This document shows positions 6,969 through 15,943 of a stretch of DNA of 30,476 nucleotides, piece by piece. The number at the start of each line of letters is the position of its first letter. The stretch's first letter is position 1. A program made the position numbers and the translations under genes. The stretch lies in assembly GCA_035642735.1 (NCBI GenBank), contig DASQRV010000234.1:1-30476 (forward strand). The letters run 5' to 3'. The notes under the pieces are model-generated. The model searched no databases and was not told the origin of the DNA. It worked only from the letters and a program-made list of their open reading frames with translations. The DNA is from Steroidobacteraceae bacterium. GTDB lineage: Bacteria; Pseudomonadota; Gammaproteobacteria; Steroidobacterales; Steroidobacteraceae.

Positions 6969-9900
6969 ATGGTAGATCTTAGTGTGAAACCCGCCGACTC
7001 GCAGCGGATACGCAGTGTTCTGGTCGCCAATCGCGGCGAGATCGCCATCCGCGTGATGCGCGCGGCGAGCGAGCTCGGCCTGCGCACGGTCGCGGTGTAC
7101 TCGCACGAGGACCGCTTCTCTCTCCACCGGACCAAGGCGGACGAGTCCTACCTCGTCGGTCCCGACAAGGGGCCCATCGAGGCCTACCTGGACATCGCCG
7201 ACATTCTGCGCATCGCGCAGGAGGCCGGGGTGGAGGCGATCCACCCTGGCTACGGCTTTCTCGCCGAGAATCCCGAGTTCGCGCGCGCCTGCGCGGCGGC
7301 CGGCGTGCGCTTCATCGGGCCCGAGCCCGACACCCTCGCCGTGTTCGGGAACAAGGTGAGCGCCCGCGCGCTCGCGGTATCGGCGGGTGTCGCGGTGATG
7401 CCGGCGAGCGGGCCGTTGCCCGCCAGCCCCGCCGAGTGCGCAGGCGTGGCGCAGGAGATCGGTTACCCGGTGATGCTGAAGGCGAGCTGGGGCGGGGGCG
7501 GGCGCGGCACACGCGTGGTGCGCGATGCGGGTGAGCTCGAGGAGCTTCTGCCGGTGTGCCGCCGCGAAGCCCGGGCGGCTTTCGGCAACGACGAGGTCTA
7601 TCTCGAGAAGCTCGTGGAGCGCGCGCGGCACGTCGAGGTTCAGATCCTCGGCGACCATCACGGCACGCTCGTGCACCTGTTCGAGCGCGATTGCACGGCG
7701 CAGCGCCGTCACCAGAAGGTGGTGGAGCGGGCCCCGGCCGTGTTCCTGACCGCGCCACAGCGCGCGGAGCTCTGCGAAGCCGCGCTCGCCATCGGCCGCG
7801 CCGCGCACTACTCGGGCGCGGGCACGGTCGAGTTCCTGCAGGATGCCGACACCGGCCGCAGCTACTTCATCGAGGTGAACCCGCGCATCCAGGTCGAGCA
7901 CACGGTGACCGAGTGCGTGACCGGCATCGATCTGGTGAAGGCGCAGATCCGCCTCGCGGGCGGCGCGCGCATCGGCACGCCCGAGAGCGGTGTGCCGGCA
8001 CAGGCCGACATCCGCGTGACCGGTCATGCCCTGCAGTGCCGCGTCACCACCGAGGACCCGGAGAACAACTTCGTTCCCGACTACGGCAAGATCGCCGCTT
8101 ACCGCAGCCCCGCGGGCTTCGGCATCCGCCTCGATGCCGGCACGGCCTACACGGGCGCCATCATCACCCGCTCCTACGACTCGCTGCTCGTGAAAGTGAC
8201 CGCCTGGGCACCGACCGCGGAGGAGACCATCGCGCGCATGCATCGCGCGTTGTGGGAGTTCCGCATTCGCGGCGTCGTCACCAACCTGCGCTTTCTCGAC
8301 CAGCTCATCACCCACCCGCGCTTCGCCGCGGGCGACTACACGACCCGTTTCATCGAGGCGACGCCTGAGCTGCTGCAGTGGCCCCGCAAGCGCGATCGCG
8401 CCACGCGCATCCTCAGCTATCTCGGCGCGACCATCGTCAACGGCAACCCCGAGGTTCAGGGCCGGGCGCGCCCGGCACGCCTCGCGGTCCCGCGCCTGCC
8501 TGCCGGCCCGCTGCCGCCGCCCGCACCCGGCAGCAGACAGAAGCTCGCCGAGCTCGGACCCGACGGGTTCGCGCGCTGGATGCTTGCCGAGCAGCGCGTG
8601 CTCATCACCGACACGACCATGCGCGATGCGCACCAGTCGCTGCTCGCGACCCGGCTGCGCACCATCGACATGACCGCCATCGCGCCGTACTACGCGAGTC
8701 TCCTGCCGCAGCTGTTCTCGGTGGAGTGCTGGGGCGGGGCGACCTTCGATGTGGCGATGCGCTTCCTGCGCGAGGATCCGTGGGAGCGGCTGCGCGCATT
8801 GCGCGAGCGTTTGCCGAACCTGCTGCTGCAGATGCTGCTGCGCGGCGCAAACGCGGTCGGCTATACCCACTATCCGGACAACGTGGTGCGCTTCTTCGTC
8901 GCGCGCGCCGCCGAGCGCGGCGTCGACCTGTTCCGCATCTTCGATTCCCTGAACTGGGTCGAGAACATGCGTGTCTCGATCGACGCGGTACGCGAGGCGG
9001 GCAAACTCTGCGAGGCGGCGATCTGCTACACGGGCGATCTCGGCGACCCGCGCGAGCGCAAGTACACCCTCGACTACTACCTCGGGCTCGCCCGCGAGCT
9101 GAAGGCCGCGGGGACCCACGTGCTCGGCATCAAGGACATGGCGGGACTGCTGCGGCCGCGCGCCGCGTACCAGCTGGTGAAGGCGCTCAAGGAGGAGACC
9201 GGGCTGCCGGTGCATTTCCACACTCATGACACCAGCGGCATCGCCGCGGCGAGTGTGCTGGCGGCGGTCGCGGCCGGTGCCGACGCGGTCGATGCGGCCA
9301 TCGATGCCATGAGCGGGCTCACCTCGCAGCCGAACCTCGGCTCGCTGGTCGAGGCGCTGCGTCACGGGCCGCGCGACTCCGGGCTCGACCCCGAGAGGGT
9401 GCGGCAGATCTCCGCCTACTGGGAGCAGGTGCGTCGCCAGTACGTCGCGTTCGAGAGCGACATTCGTGCCGGGGCCTCCGAGGTATATGTGCACGGCATG
9501 CCAGGCGGTCAGTACACCAACCTGCGCGAGCAGGCGCGGGCTCTCGGTATCGACGAGTCACGCTGGCCCGAGGTAGCGCGCGCGTACGCCGAGGTCAACG
9601 AGCTCTTCGGCGACATCATCAAGGTCACGCCGACCTCGAAGGTGGTCGGCGACCTGGCGCTGCTCATGGCGAGTGCCGGCATCAGCCGCGAGCAGGTGTT
9701 GGATCCGGATGCCGAGGTAGCCTTCCCGGAGTCGGTGGTGCAGCTGTTCCGCGGCGAGCTCGGCCAGCCCTACGGCGGCTTCCCGGAAGCGCTGCAGCGC
9801 AAGGTGTTGAAGGGCGCCGCGCCGCTCACGATGCGCGCCGGCGCGGCCCTCGCGCCGGTCGATCTCGCGGCCGAGCGTGCGCGGCTGCGACAACGGCTGC

Positions 9901-10442
9901 CACATCCGGTGACCGACGAGGAGCTGGCCTCTTCTCTCATGTATCCGCGTGTCTTCGAGGATTACGCGCGCGAGCGGCTGCTGTACGGCGACGCGGCCAT
10001 CCTGCCGACGCCGGCGTTCTTCTACGGCATGGAGCCCGGGCAGGAGATCACGATCGATCTCGAGCGCGGCAAGACCCTCATCGTGCGCTACCTTGCGATG
10101 AGCGAGCCGCACGAGGACGGCACCCGCACGGTGTTCTTCGAGTTGAACGGCCAGCCGCGGTCGGTACGGGTGGAAGACCGCAGCCGCGTGGCGAAACGCC
10201 CGCCGCCGCGCAAGATCGAGCCCGGCAATCCGCGTCACGTCGGGGCTCCGATGCCCGGCGTGGTGGCGACCGTCACTACCACGGCGGGTGCGCGGGTGTC
10301 GCGCGGCGCGATTCTGCTGACACTCGAGGCGATGAAAATGCAGACCGCGGTACGCGCCGAAGTCGCGGGTGAGGTGGCCGAGGTGCTCACGCGCCCCGGG
10401 CAGGCGGTAGAGGCGAAGGACCTGCTCGTGGTGCTGCGGTAG
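6969..10442 (+). CDS. pyc: Pyruvate carboxylase, single-polypeptide type (BC-CT-BCCP)
   Basis: VLVANRGEIAIR, IHPGYGFLAEN, RDCTAQRRHQK, RDAHQSLLATR, WGGATFD, HFHTHDT and biotin site EAMKM. Start could be ATG 6969 or GTG 6984. Confidence 0.97.
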   Translation: MVDLSVKPADSQRIRSVLVANRGEIAIRVMRAASELGLRTVAVYSHEDRFSLHRTKADESYLVGPDKGPIEAYLDIADILRIAQEAGVEAIHPGYGFLAENPEFARACAAAGVRFIGPEPDTLAVFGNKVSARALAVSAGVAVMPASGPLPASPAECAGVAQEIGYPVMLKASWGGGGRGTRVVRDAGELEELLPVCRREARAAFGNDEVYLEKLVERARHVEVQILGDHHGTLVHLFERDCTAQRRHQKVVERAPAVFLTAPQRAELCEAALAIGRAAHYSGAGTVEFLQDADTGRSYFIEVNPRIQVEHTVTECVTGIDLVKAQIRLAGGARIGTPESGVPAQADIRVTGHALQCRVTTEDPENNFVPDYGKIAAYRSPAGFGIRLDAGTAYTGAIITRSYDSLLVKVTAWAPTAEETIARMHRALWEFRIRGVVTNLRFLDQLITHPRFAAGDYTTRFIEATPELLQWPRKRDRATRILSYLGATIVNGNPEVQGRARPARLAVPRLPAGPLPPPAPGSRQKLAELGPDGFARWMLAEQRVLITDTTMRDAHQSLLATRLRTIDMTAIAPYYASLLPQLFSVECWGGATFDVAMRFLREDPWERLRALRERLPNLLLQMLLRGANAVGYTHYPDNVVRFFVARAAERGVDLFRIFDSLNWVENMRVSIDAVREAGKLCEAAICYTGDLGDPRERKYTLDYYLGLARELKAAGTHVLGIKDMAGLLRPRAAYQLVKALKEETGLPVHFHTHDTSGIAAASVLAAVAAGADAVDAAIDAMSGLTSQPNLGSLVEALRHGPRDSGLDPERVRQISAYWEQVRRQYVAFESDIRAGASEVYVHGMPGGQYTNLREQARALGIDESRWPEVARAYAEVNELFGDIIKVTPTSKVVGDLALLMASAGISREQVLDPDAEVAFPESVVQLFRGELGQPYGGFPEALQRKVLKGAAPLTMRAGAALAPVDLAAERARLRQRLPHPVTDEELASSLMYPRVFEDYARERLLYGDAAILPTPAFFYGMEPGQEITIDLERGKTLIVRYLAMSEPHEDGTRTVFFELNGQPRSVRVEDRSRVAKRPPPRKIEPGNPRHVGAPMPGVVATVTTTAGARVSRGAILLTLEAMKMQTAVRAEVAGEVAEVLTRPGQAVEAKDLLVVLR

Positions 10443-10451
10443 GCTCGCGGT

Positions 10452-11675
10452 TTACACTGTGTCCCTGAGCGGCACGCCCGGGTCGCCGAGCTTGTCGATG
10501 TTGGGCCGCGCATGCACCGCGATCAGCTTGCGCGCGGCCATCTGGTCCTTCGGTGTGTTGATGCTGTCGAGCGCGACCAGCTCCCCGCCGCGCAGGTAGC
10601 AGACGCTGAAGCTGCGGGTCGCGGGCGAGCCGCGCAGGATGGCGCTGTCGTAGCCGTACCCGACACCGACGATGATCAGTTTGAGGTCGAACTGGTCGGA
10701 CCAGAACCACGGCACCTTGTCGTGCAGGGTCGCTGTGCCGAGCAGGTTGAGGGCTACGGTAGTGCCCTGCTCGAAGGCATTGTCGACCGATTCCAGGCGC
10801 AGGTGCCGGCCGTACTGGCGGTTGAGATGGCTGGCGCAGTCGCCGGCGGCATAGATCGCCTCGTCGGCAGTGCGGCAGTACCCGTCCGTGACCACACCGT
10901 TCTCACACTCGAGCCCGGCGGTCTTCGCAAGCTCATCCGCGGGCGCCACTCCCACCCCGACGATCACGAGCTCGGCCGGGTACTCGTCGCCCGCCTCCGT
11001 GAGCACGGCTTGCACCCGCCCGGTGCGGTGATCGCCGTGAAGCGCACGAACCGCCTCGTTGCAGCGGATGCGCACGCCGTGCCGGGCGTGCTCGGCCTCG
11101 TAGAACGCGGACACCTCGGGACTCGTGACGCGGCTCATCACCCGGGCGGCCATCTCGAGCACGGTCACCTCCATCCCCCGCTCGCGCAGGGTGGCCGCGA
11201 CTTCCAGGCCGATGTAGCCGCCGCCAATGATCACGACCCGGCCGCCCGCCGCGCATTCGGCGCGGATGCGGTCGGCATCGGCGAGGGTGCGCAGGTAGTG
11301 CACGCCGGCGAGCTCGCTTCCGGGGACGGGCAGCGCGCGCGGCCGGCTGCCGGTGGCGAGCAGCAGCGCGTCGTACGGCAACACCCGCCCGTCATCGAGC
11401 CGCACGTGCCTCTCGCGCCGCGCGATCTCGGTGACCCGCTGCCCGAAATGGGTCGTGACGGAGTGATCGGCAAAGAAGGCCGCGGGTCGGATCAGCAAGC
11501 GCTCGCGCACGAGGCTGCCGGCGAGGTACTTCTTCGAGAGCGGCGGTCGCTGGTAGGGCGGCCAGGGCTCGTCACCGACGAGCGTGAGCCCTCCCGAGAA
11601 GCCGCGGCGACGCAGGGTGTCGACCGCCTGCACGGCGGCCTGCCCGCCCCCCGCGATCACGATCCGCTCGTACAT
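10452..11675 (-). CDS. FAD/NAD(P)H-dependent ferredoxin reductase (putidaredoxin reductase / HcaD-like)
   Basis: IAGGGQAA, PYQRPPLSK, LLLATG, IIGGGYIGLE, IYAAGDCA, VPWFWSDQFD. Confidence 0.92.
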   Translation of the reverse strand: MYERIVIAGGGQAAVQAVDTLRRRGFSGGLTLVGDEPWPPYQRPPLSKKYLAGSLVRERLLIRPAAFFADHSVTTHFGQRVTEIARRERHVRLDDGRVLPYDALLLATGSRPRALPVPGSELAGVHYLRTLADADRIRAECAAGGRVVIIGGGYIGLEVAATLRERGMEVTVLEMAARVMSRVTSPEVSAFYEAEHARHGVRIRCNEAVRALHGDHRTGRVQAVLTEAGDEYPAELVIVGVGVAPADELAKTAGLECENGVVTDGYCRTADEAIYAAGDCASHLNRQYGRHLRLESVDNAFEQGTTVALNLLGTATLHDKVPWFWSDQFDLKLIIVGVGYGYDSAILRGSPATRSFSVCYLRGGELVALDSINTPKDQMAARKLIAVHARPNIDKLGDPGVPLRDTV

Positions 11676-11689
11676 CGGCGGAAGAATAG

Positions 11690-12214
<525 letters not shown>

Positions 12215-12275
12215 ATGCGCTGCACCAGGCGCCGGCGCCGGGCCACCCACAGCGGCGTGCGTTATCCTTCCCCCC

Positions 12276-13250
12276 ATGCCCAACGCCATACGCCTCTACG
12301 AGAATGGCGGACCCGAGGTGCTGCGCCTCGAGGAGGTCGATCCGGGTAAGCCGGCGGCCGGCGAGGTGCAGATCCGCCACACTGCCATCGGCGTCAACTA
12401 CATCGACGTCTACGATCGCACCGGGCTTTACCCGATGAGTCTGCCAAGCGGACTCGGGCGTGAGGCAGCGGGCGTCATCACGGCGCTCGGGCGCGGTGTC
12501 CGTGGGCTGCGTGTCGGTGAGCGCGTCGCCTACGTGTTCCCGAGCCCGGGCGCCTACAGCGAGGTGCGTAACGTCCCCGCCGAGCGCGTCGTGCGCGTGC
12601 CGCGCGGCATCTCCGACGAGCAGGCCGCGGCCCTCATGCTGAAAGGGCTCACCGCGCACTTTCTCATCCGTCGCACACACAAAGTGGTACGCGGCGATCC
12701 GATCCTGGTGCATGCCGCCGCCGGCGGTGTCGGACTGATCCTGTGTCAATGGGCCAAGGCGCTCGGTGCCACCGTAATCGGCGTCGTGGGGAGCGAGGCC
12801 AAGGCGGAGCTGGCGCGCAAGTACGGTTGCAAGCACGTGCTCATCTCCGGACGCGATGAGCTGGTCCCGGGTGTCAGGGGCTTCACCAAAGGCTCGGGTG
12901 TCGCCGTGGTGTACGACGCGGTCGGCAAGGACACCTTCATGGAGTCGCTCGACTGCCTGAGGCGCCTCGGCATGATGGTGACCTTTGGCAATGCCTCGGG
13001 CCCACCGCCCGCCATCAGTCCGTTCGAGCTCACCAAGCGCGGCTCGCTTTTCCTCACGCGTCCGACGCTCTTCAACTACATTGCCACGCGCCGCGAGCTC
13101 GAGGCCGCGGCGCGCGAGCTGTTCGCGGCCGTCAGGAGCCGGAAGGTGAAAGTGGTCATCGGCCAGCGGTACAGCCTCGCACAGGCCGCCGATGCCCACC
13201 GCGACCTCGAGAGCCGGCGCACCTCCGGCTCGACGGTACTGCTGCCCTAG
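12276..13250 (+). CDS. qor: NADPH:quinone oxidoreductase (zeta-crystallin/MDR family)
   Basis: GGPEVL, AIGVNYID, GLGREAAG, LLKG-type ALMLKGLTA, HAAAGGVG, YDAVGKDTF, GSLFLTRPTL, TSGSTVL. Confidence 0.92.
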   Translation: MPNAIRLYENGGPEVLRLEEVDPGKPAAGEVQIRHTAIGVNYIDVYDRTGLYPMSLPSGLGREAAGVITALGRGVRGLRVGERVAYVFPSPGAYSEVRNVPAERVVRVPRGISDEQAAALMLKGLTAHFLIRRTHKVVRGDPILVHAAAGGVGLILCQWAKALGATVIGVVGSEAKAELARKYGCKHVLISGRDELVPGVRGFTKGSGVAVVYDAVGKDTFMESLDCLRRLGMMVTFGNASGPPPAISPFELTKRGSLFLTRPTLFNYIATRRELEAAARELFAAVRSRKVKVVIGQRYSLAQAADAHRDLESRRTSGSTVLLP

Positions 13251-13295
13251 TGCTGCCGCCTGGACCCTGAACGGCGCATCACCGCAGGGAGGATG

Positions 13296-13324
13296 CGCTG
13301 ATCAGACACTAGTCTGTTTCAGCG
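13296..13324. terminator. Bulged hairpin between convergent qor and ilvH
   Basis: CGCTGA-t-CAGAC[acta]GTCTG-tt-TCAGCG. There is no clear U-tract. Confidence 0.35.
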
Positions 13325-13437
13325 AAGATCTTGCGCCGATCTGCGCCGAAAAGCTCCGATAACACTATGAAAACGCGGCTGTCGCCACGACGCAACCGCG
13401 ATCCACGGTCCCCCTGCCGACGCGGCGCGCACGCCGC

Positions 13438-13953
13438 TCAGGCGCTCTCCGGCGCGGCACGGGCCCGCAGCGGGCGCGCGGTGCGGCTGATGCCGAGGGC
13501 GCCGCTGCGCACGACTTCGAGAAGCTCGGCGCGGTGTGCCAGATCGGCCATGAAGGCGTTGATCTCCGCCTCACTCGCGGTCAGCTCGACGATGAAGCCT
13601 TCGACCGCGGGGTCGAGCACGCGCCCGCCACTGCGCACGACCTGCCCGCGCACCGTATCGGTCTGTCCGGGCGCAACGCGCAGCTTGAGCAGCACCAGCT
13701 CGCGCTCCAGGTGCTCGCCGCGCGTCATGTCCAACACCTGCACCACGTCCACGAGCTTGTTCAGCTGGTTGGCGATCTGCTGGATGACCAGGTCAGAGCC
13801 CTTCGTGACCAATGTCAGTCGCGACACGGTCGGGTCGTCGGTCGGGGCGACCGAGAGCGACTCGATGTTGTAGCCGCGGGTTGAGAACAGGCCCGCGACC
13901 CGGCTGAGCGCGCCGGCTTCGTTCTGCAGCAGGATGGCGATGATATGACGCAT
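13438..13953 (-). CDS. ilvH: Acetolactate synthase small (regulatory, ACT) subunit
   Basis: Start reassigned to ATG 13953: MRHIIAILLQNEAGALSRVAGLFSTRGYNIESLSVA...QLNKLVDVV...ERELVLLK...EVVRSG. Confidence 0.95.
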   Translation of the reverse strand: MRHIIAILLQNEAGALSRVAGLFSTRGYNIESLSVAPTDDPTVSRLTLVTKGSDLVIQQIANQLNKLVDVVQVLDMTRGEHLERELVLLKLRVAPGQTDTVRGQVVRSGGRVLDPAVEGFIVELTASEAEINAFMADLAHRAELLEVVRSGALGISRTARPLRARAAPESA

Positions 13954-14095
13954 GGAAATCCGGGAAAAAGCGGCTGAAGGACTGGCCTGCAGGCGGCAGA
14001 ATAAAGGATCGGCACGCGCTTGCACCACGGACCCAAGCTGCTAGGCTCGGGAGTTCTTTCGCCCTCCCGCACGGAATCAAGACAAGCGCGTCTCC

Positions 14096-15943
14096 ATGAG
14101 TGACACGGTGATCCAGCCACGCCCGGTGGGACATCCCCTGGCCGGTCAGCGCATGAGCGGCGCCCGCATGATCATGCAGGTGCTGGCCGATGAGGGCGTC
14201 ACGGCGATATTCGGCTACAGCGGCGGGGCCATCCTGCCCACCTACGACGCGGTGTTCCTCTACAACGAGCAGGCCGCGCGCGCCGGTGAGCCGCAGATTC
14301 CGCTCATCGTGCCGGCGAATGAGCAGGGAGCGGGCTTCATGGCCGCGGGCTATGCGCGCGCGAGCGGCCGGGTGGGAGTGTGCCTCGTGACCTCCGGACC
14401 CGGCGCCACGAACACTGTTACACCGGTGCGCGATTGCACCGCAGATTCGATACCCATTGTCGTGATTTCGGGGCAGGTCGCGACTGCGGCGATCGGAACC
14501 GATGCTTTTCAGGAGGCTCCTGTCCCCACCATGATGGGGGCGGTCGCCAAGCACATCTTCCTGGTGACCGATCCCACGAAGCTCGAGCGCACGGTCCGGA
14601 CCGCTTTCGAGATCGCCCGCAGCGGCCGCCCGGGACCGGTGGTGGTCGATGTGCCGAAGGACGTGCAGAACTGGGAGGGTGTGTTCCACGGCGAGGGCCT
14701 CCTGCCCATACCCGGGTTCCGCCGTCGCCAGCAGGAGCTCGAGCAGGCGGTCGTGGAGGCGCCGGCGGCGGCCCACTTCTTTGCCATGCTGCAGGAGTCC
14801 TCGCGGCCGCTCATCTACGCGGGCGGCGGAGTGATCAATGGCAACGCGGCTGCCACCCTCACCGAGTTCGCCACCGCCTTCTCGGTCCCGGTCGTTACCA
14901 CGCTGATGGGCATCGGCTCGCTCGACACTACGCACCCGCTCTCCATGCGCATGCTCGGCATGCACGGTGCGGCGTACGCCAACTACGCCGTGGACGACTG
15001 CGATTTCCTGATCGCGGTCGGCGCGCGCTTCGACGACCGCGTCGCCGGCGTGCCGGCGAAATTCGCGAAGAACGCGCGGCGCATCGCGCATCTCGATGTC
15101 GACCGCGCGGAAGTGAACAAGGTGAAGCGCGTGCACTGGAGCCACGTCGGGCAGGTGCGCGAGGCGCTGCAGGCGCTCATCGCGCACGGCCGCGCGCACG
15201 GCTTCAAGCGCGATTTCGCCCCCTGGCTCGCCGAGGTCGCCGAGCTCAGGCGCGTCTACGCCATGAACTACGACCGCGCGAGCCCGCTCATCCAGCCCTA
15301 CTACGTCATCGAGGAGATCAACCACCACGCACGCGGCGCGGCGATCATCACCACCGGTGTGGGGCAGCATCAGATGTGGGCGGCGCAGTACTGCGACTTC
15401 ACCGCGCCCAGGCTGTGGCTGACCTCCGGCAGCATGGGCACGATGGGCTTCGGCCTCCCGGCAGCAATCGGTGCGCAGATCGCACAGCCGCAGCGCCTCG
15501 TCATCGACATCGACGGCGACTCGAGCATCCGCATGAACATCGGTGAGCTGGAGACCGCGACAACCTACAACCTGCCGGTGAAGGTCGTGGTGCTCAACAA
15601 TTTCGGCGACGGCATGGTGAAGCAGTGGCAGAAGCTGTTCTTCAAGGGACGGCTGTCCGCGAGCGACCGCTCACTGCACAAGAAGGACTTCATCAAGGCC
15701 GCGCAGGCGGATGGCTTTCGCTACGCGGCGCGCCTCGAGCACAAGGCGGACGTGTCGCGCGTCATCGCCGAGTTCCTCGCCTTCAAGGGCCCGGCTTTCC
15801 TCGAGGTCATGATCGACCCGGACGCGGGGGTCTATCCGATGGTGGGACCGGGCCAGAGCTACGAGGAGATGATCACCGGGGAGTTCATCCCCTCGCGTCA
15901 CAAGGTCGACATCAAGACGCCCGGTCCCTCGGAGATGTTCTGA
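14096..15943 (+). CDS. ilvB: Acetolactate synthase large (catalytic, ThDP/FAD) subunit
   Basis: FGYSGGAILP, EQGAGFMAAGYARASG, TSGPGATN, GTDAFQE, MLGMHG, GARFDDRV, TGVGQHQMW, SGSMGTMGFGLP, ThDP motif GDSS...NN. Confidence 0.92.
   Translation: MSDTVIQPRPVGHPLAGQRMSGARMIMQVLADEGVTAIFGYSGGAILPTYDAVFLYNEQAARAGEPQIPLIVPANEQGAGFMAAGYARASGRVGVCLVTSGPGATNTVTPVRDCTADSIPIVVISGQVATAAIGTDAFQEAPVPTMMGAVAKHIFLVTDPTKLERTVRTAFEIARSGRPGPVVVDVPKDVQNWEGVFHGEGLLPIPGFRRRQQELEQAVVEAPAAAHFFAMLQESSRPLIYAGGGVINGNAAATLTEFATAFSVPVVTTLMGIGSLDTTHPLSMRMLGMHGAAYANYAVDDCDFLIAVGARFDDRVAGVPAKFAKNARRIAHLDVDRAEVNKVKRVHWSHVGQVREALQALIAHGRAHGFKRDFAPWLAEVAELRRVYAMNYDRASPLIQPYYVIEEINHHARGAAIITTGVGQHQMWAAQYCDFTAPRLWLTSGSMGTMGFGLPAAIGAQIAQPQRLVIDIDGDSSIRMNIGELETATTYNLPVKVVVLNNFGDGMVKQWQKLFFKGRLSASDRSLHKKDFIKAAQADGFRYAARLEHKADVSRVIAEFLAFKGPAFLEVMIDPDAGVYPMVGPGQSYEEMITGEFIPSRHKVDIKTPGPSEMF

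Noticed and set aside
6927-9494. 855-aa minus-strand ORF, plus many other long alternative-frame ORFs (e.g. 13793..15370, 15898..17685, 25764..27323, 27700..28887)
   Set aside because: They are antisense or out-of-frame shadows of well-supported genes. High GC3 suppresses stop codons on the opposite strand, and the translations have no family motifs.
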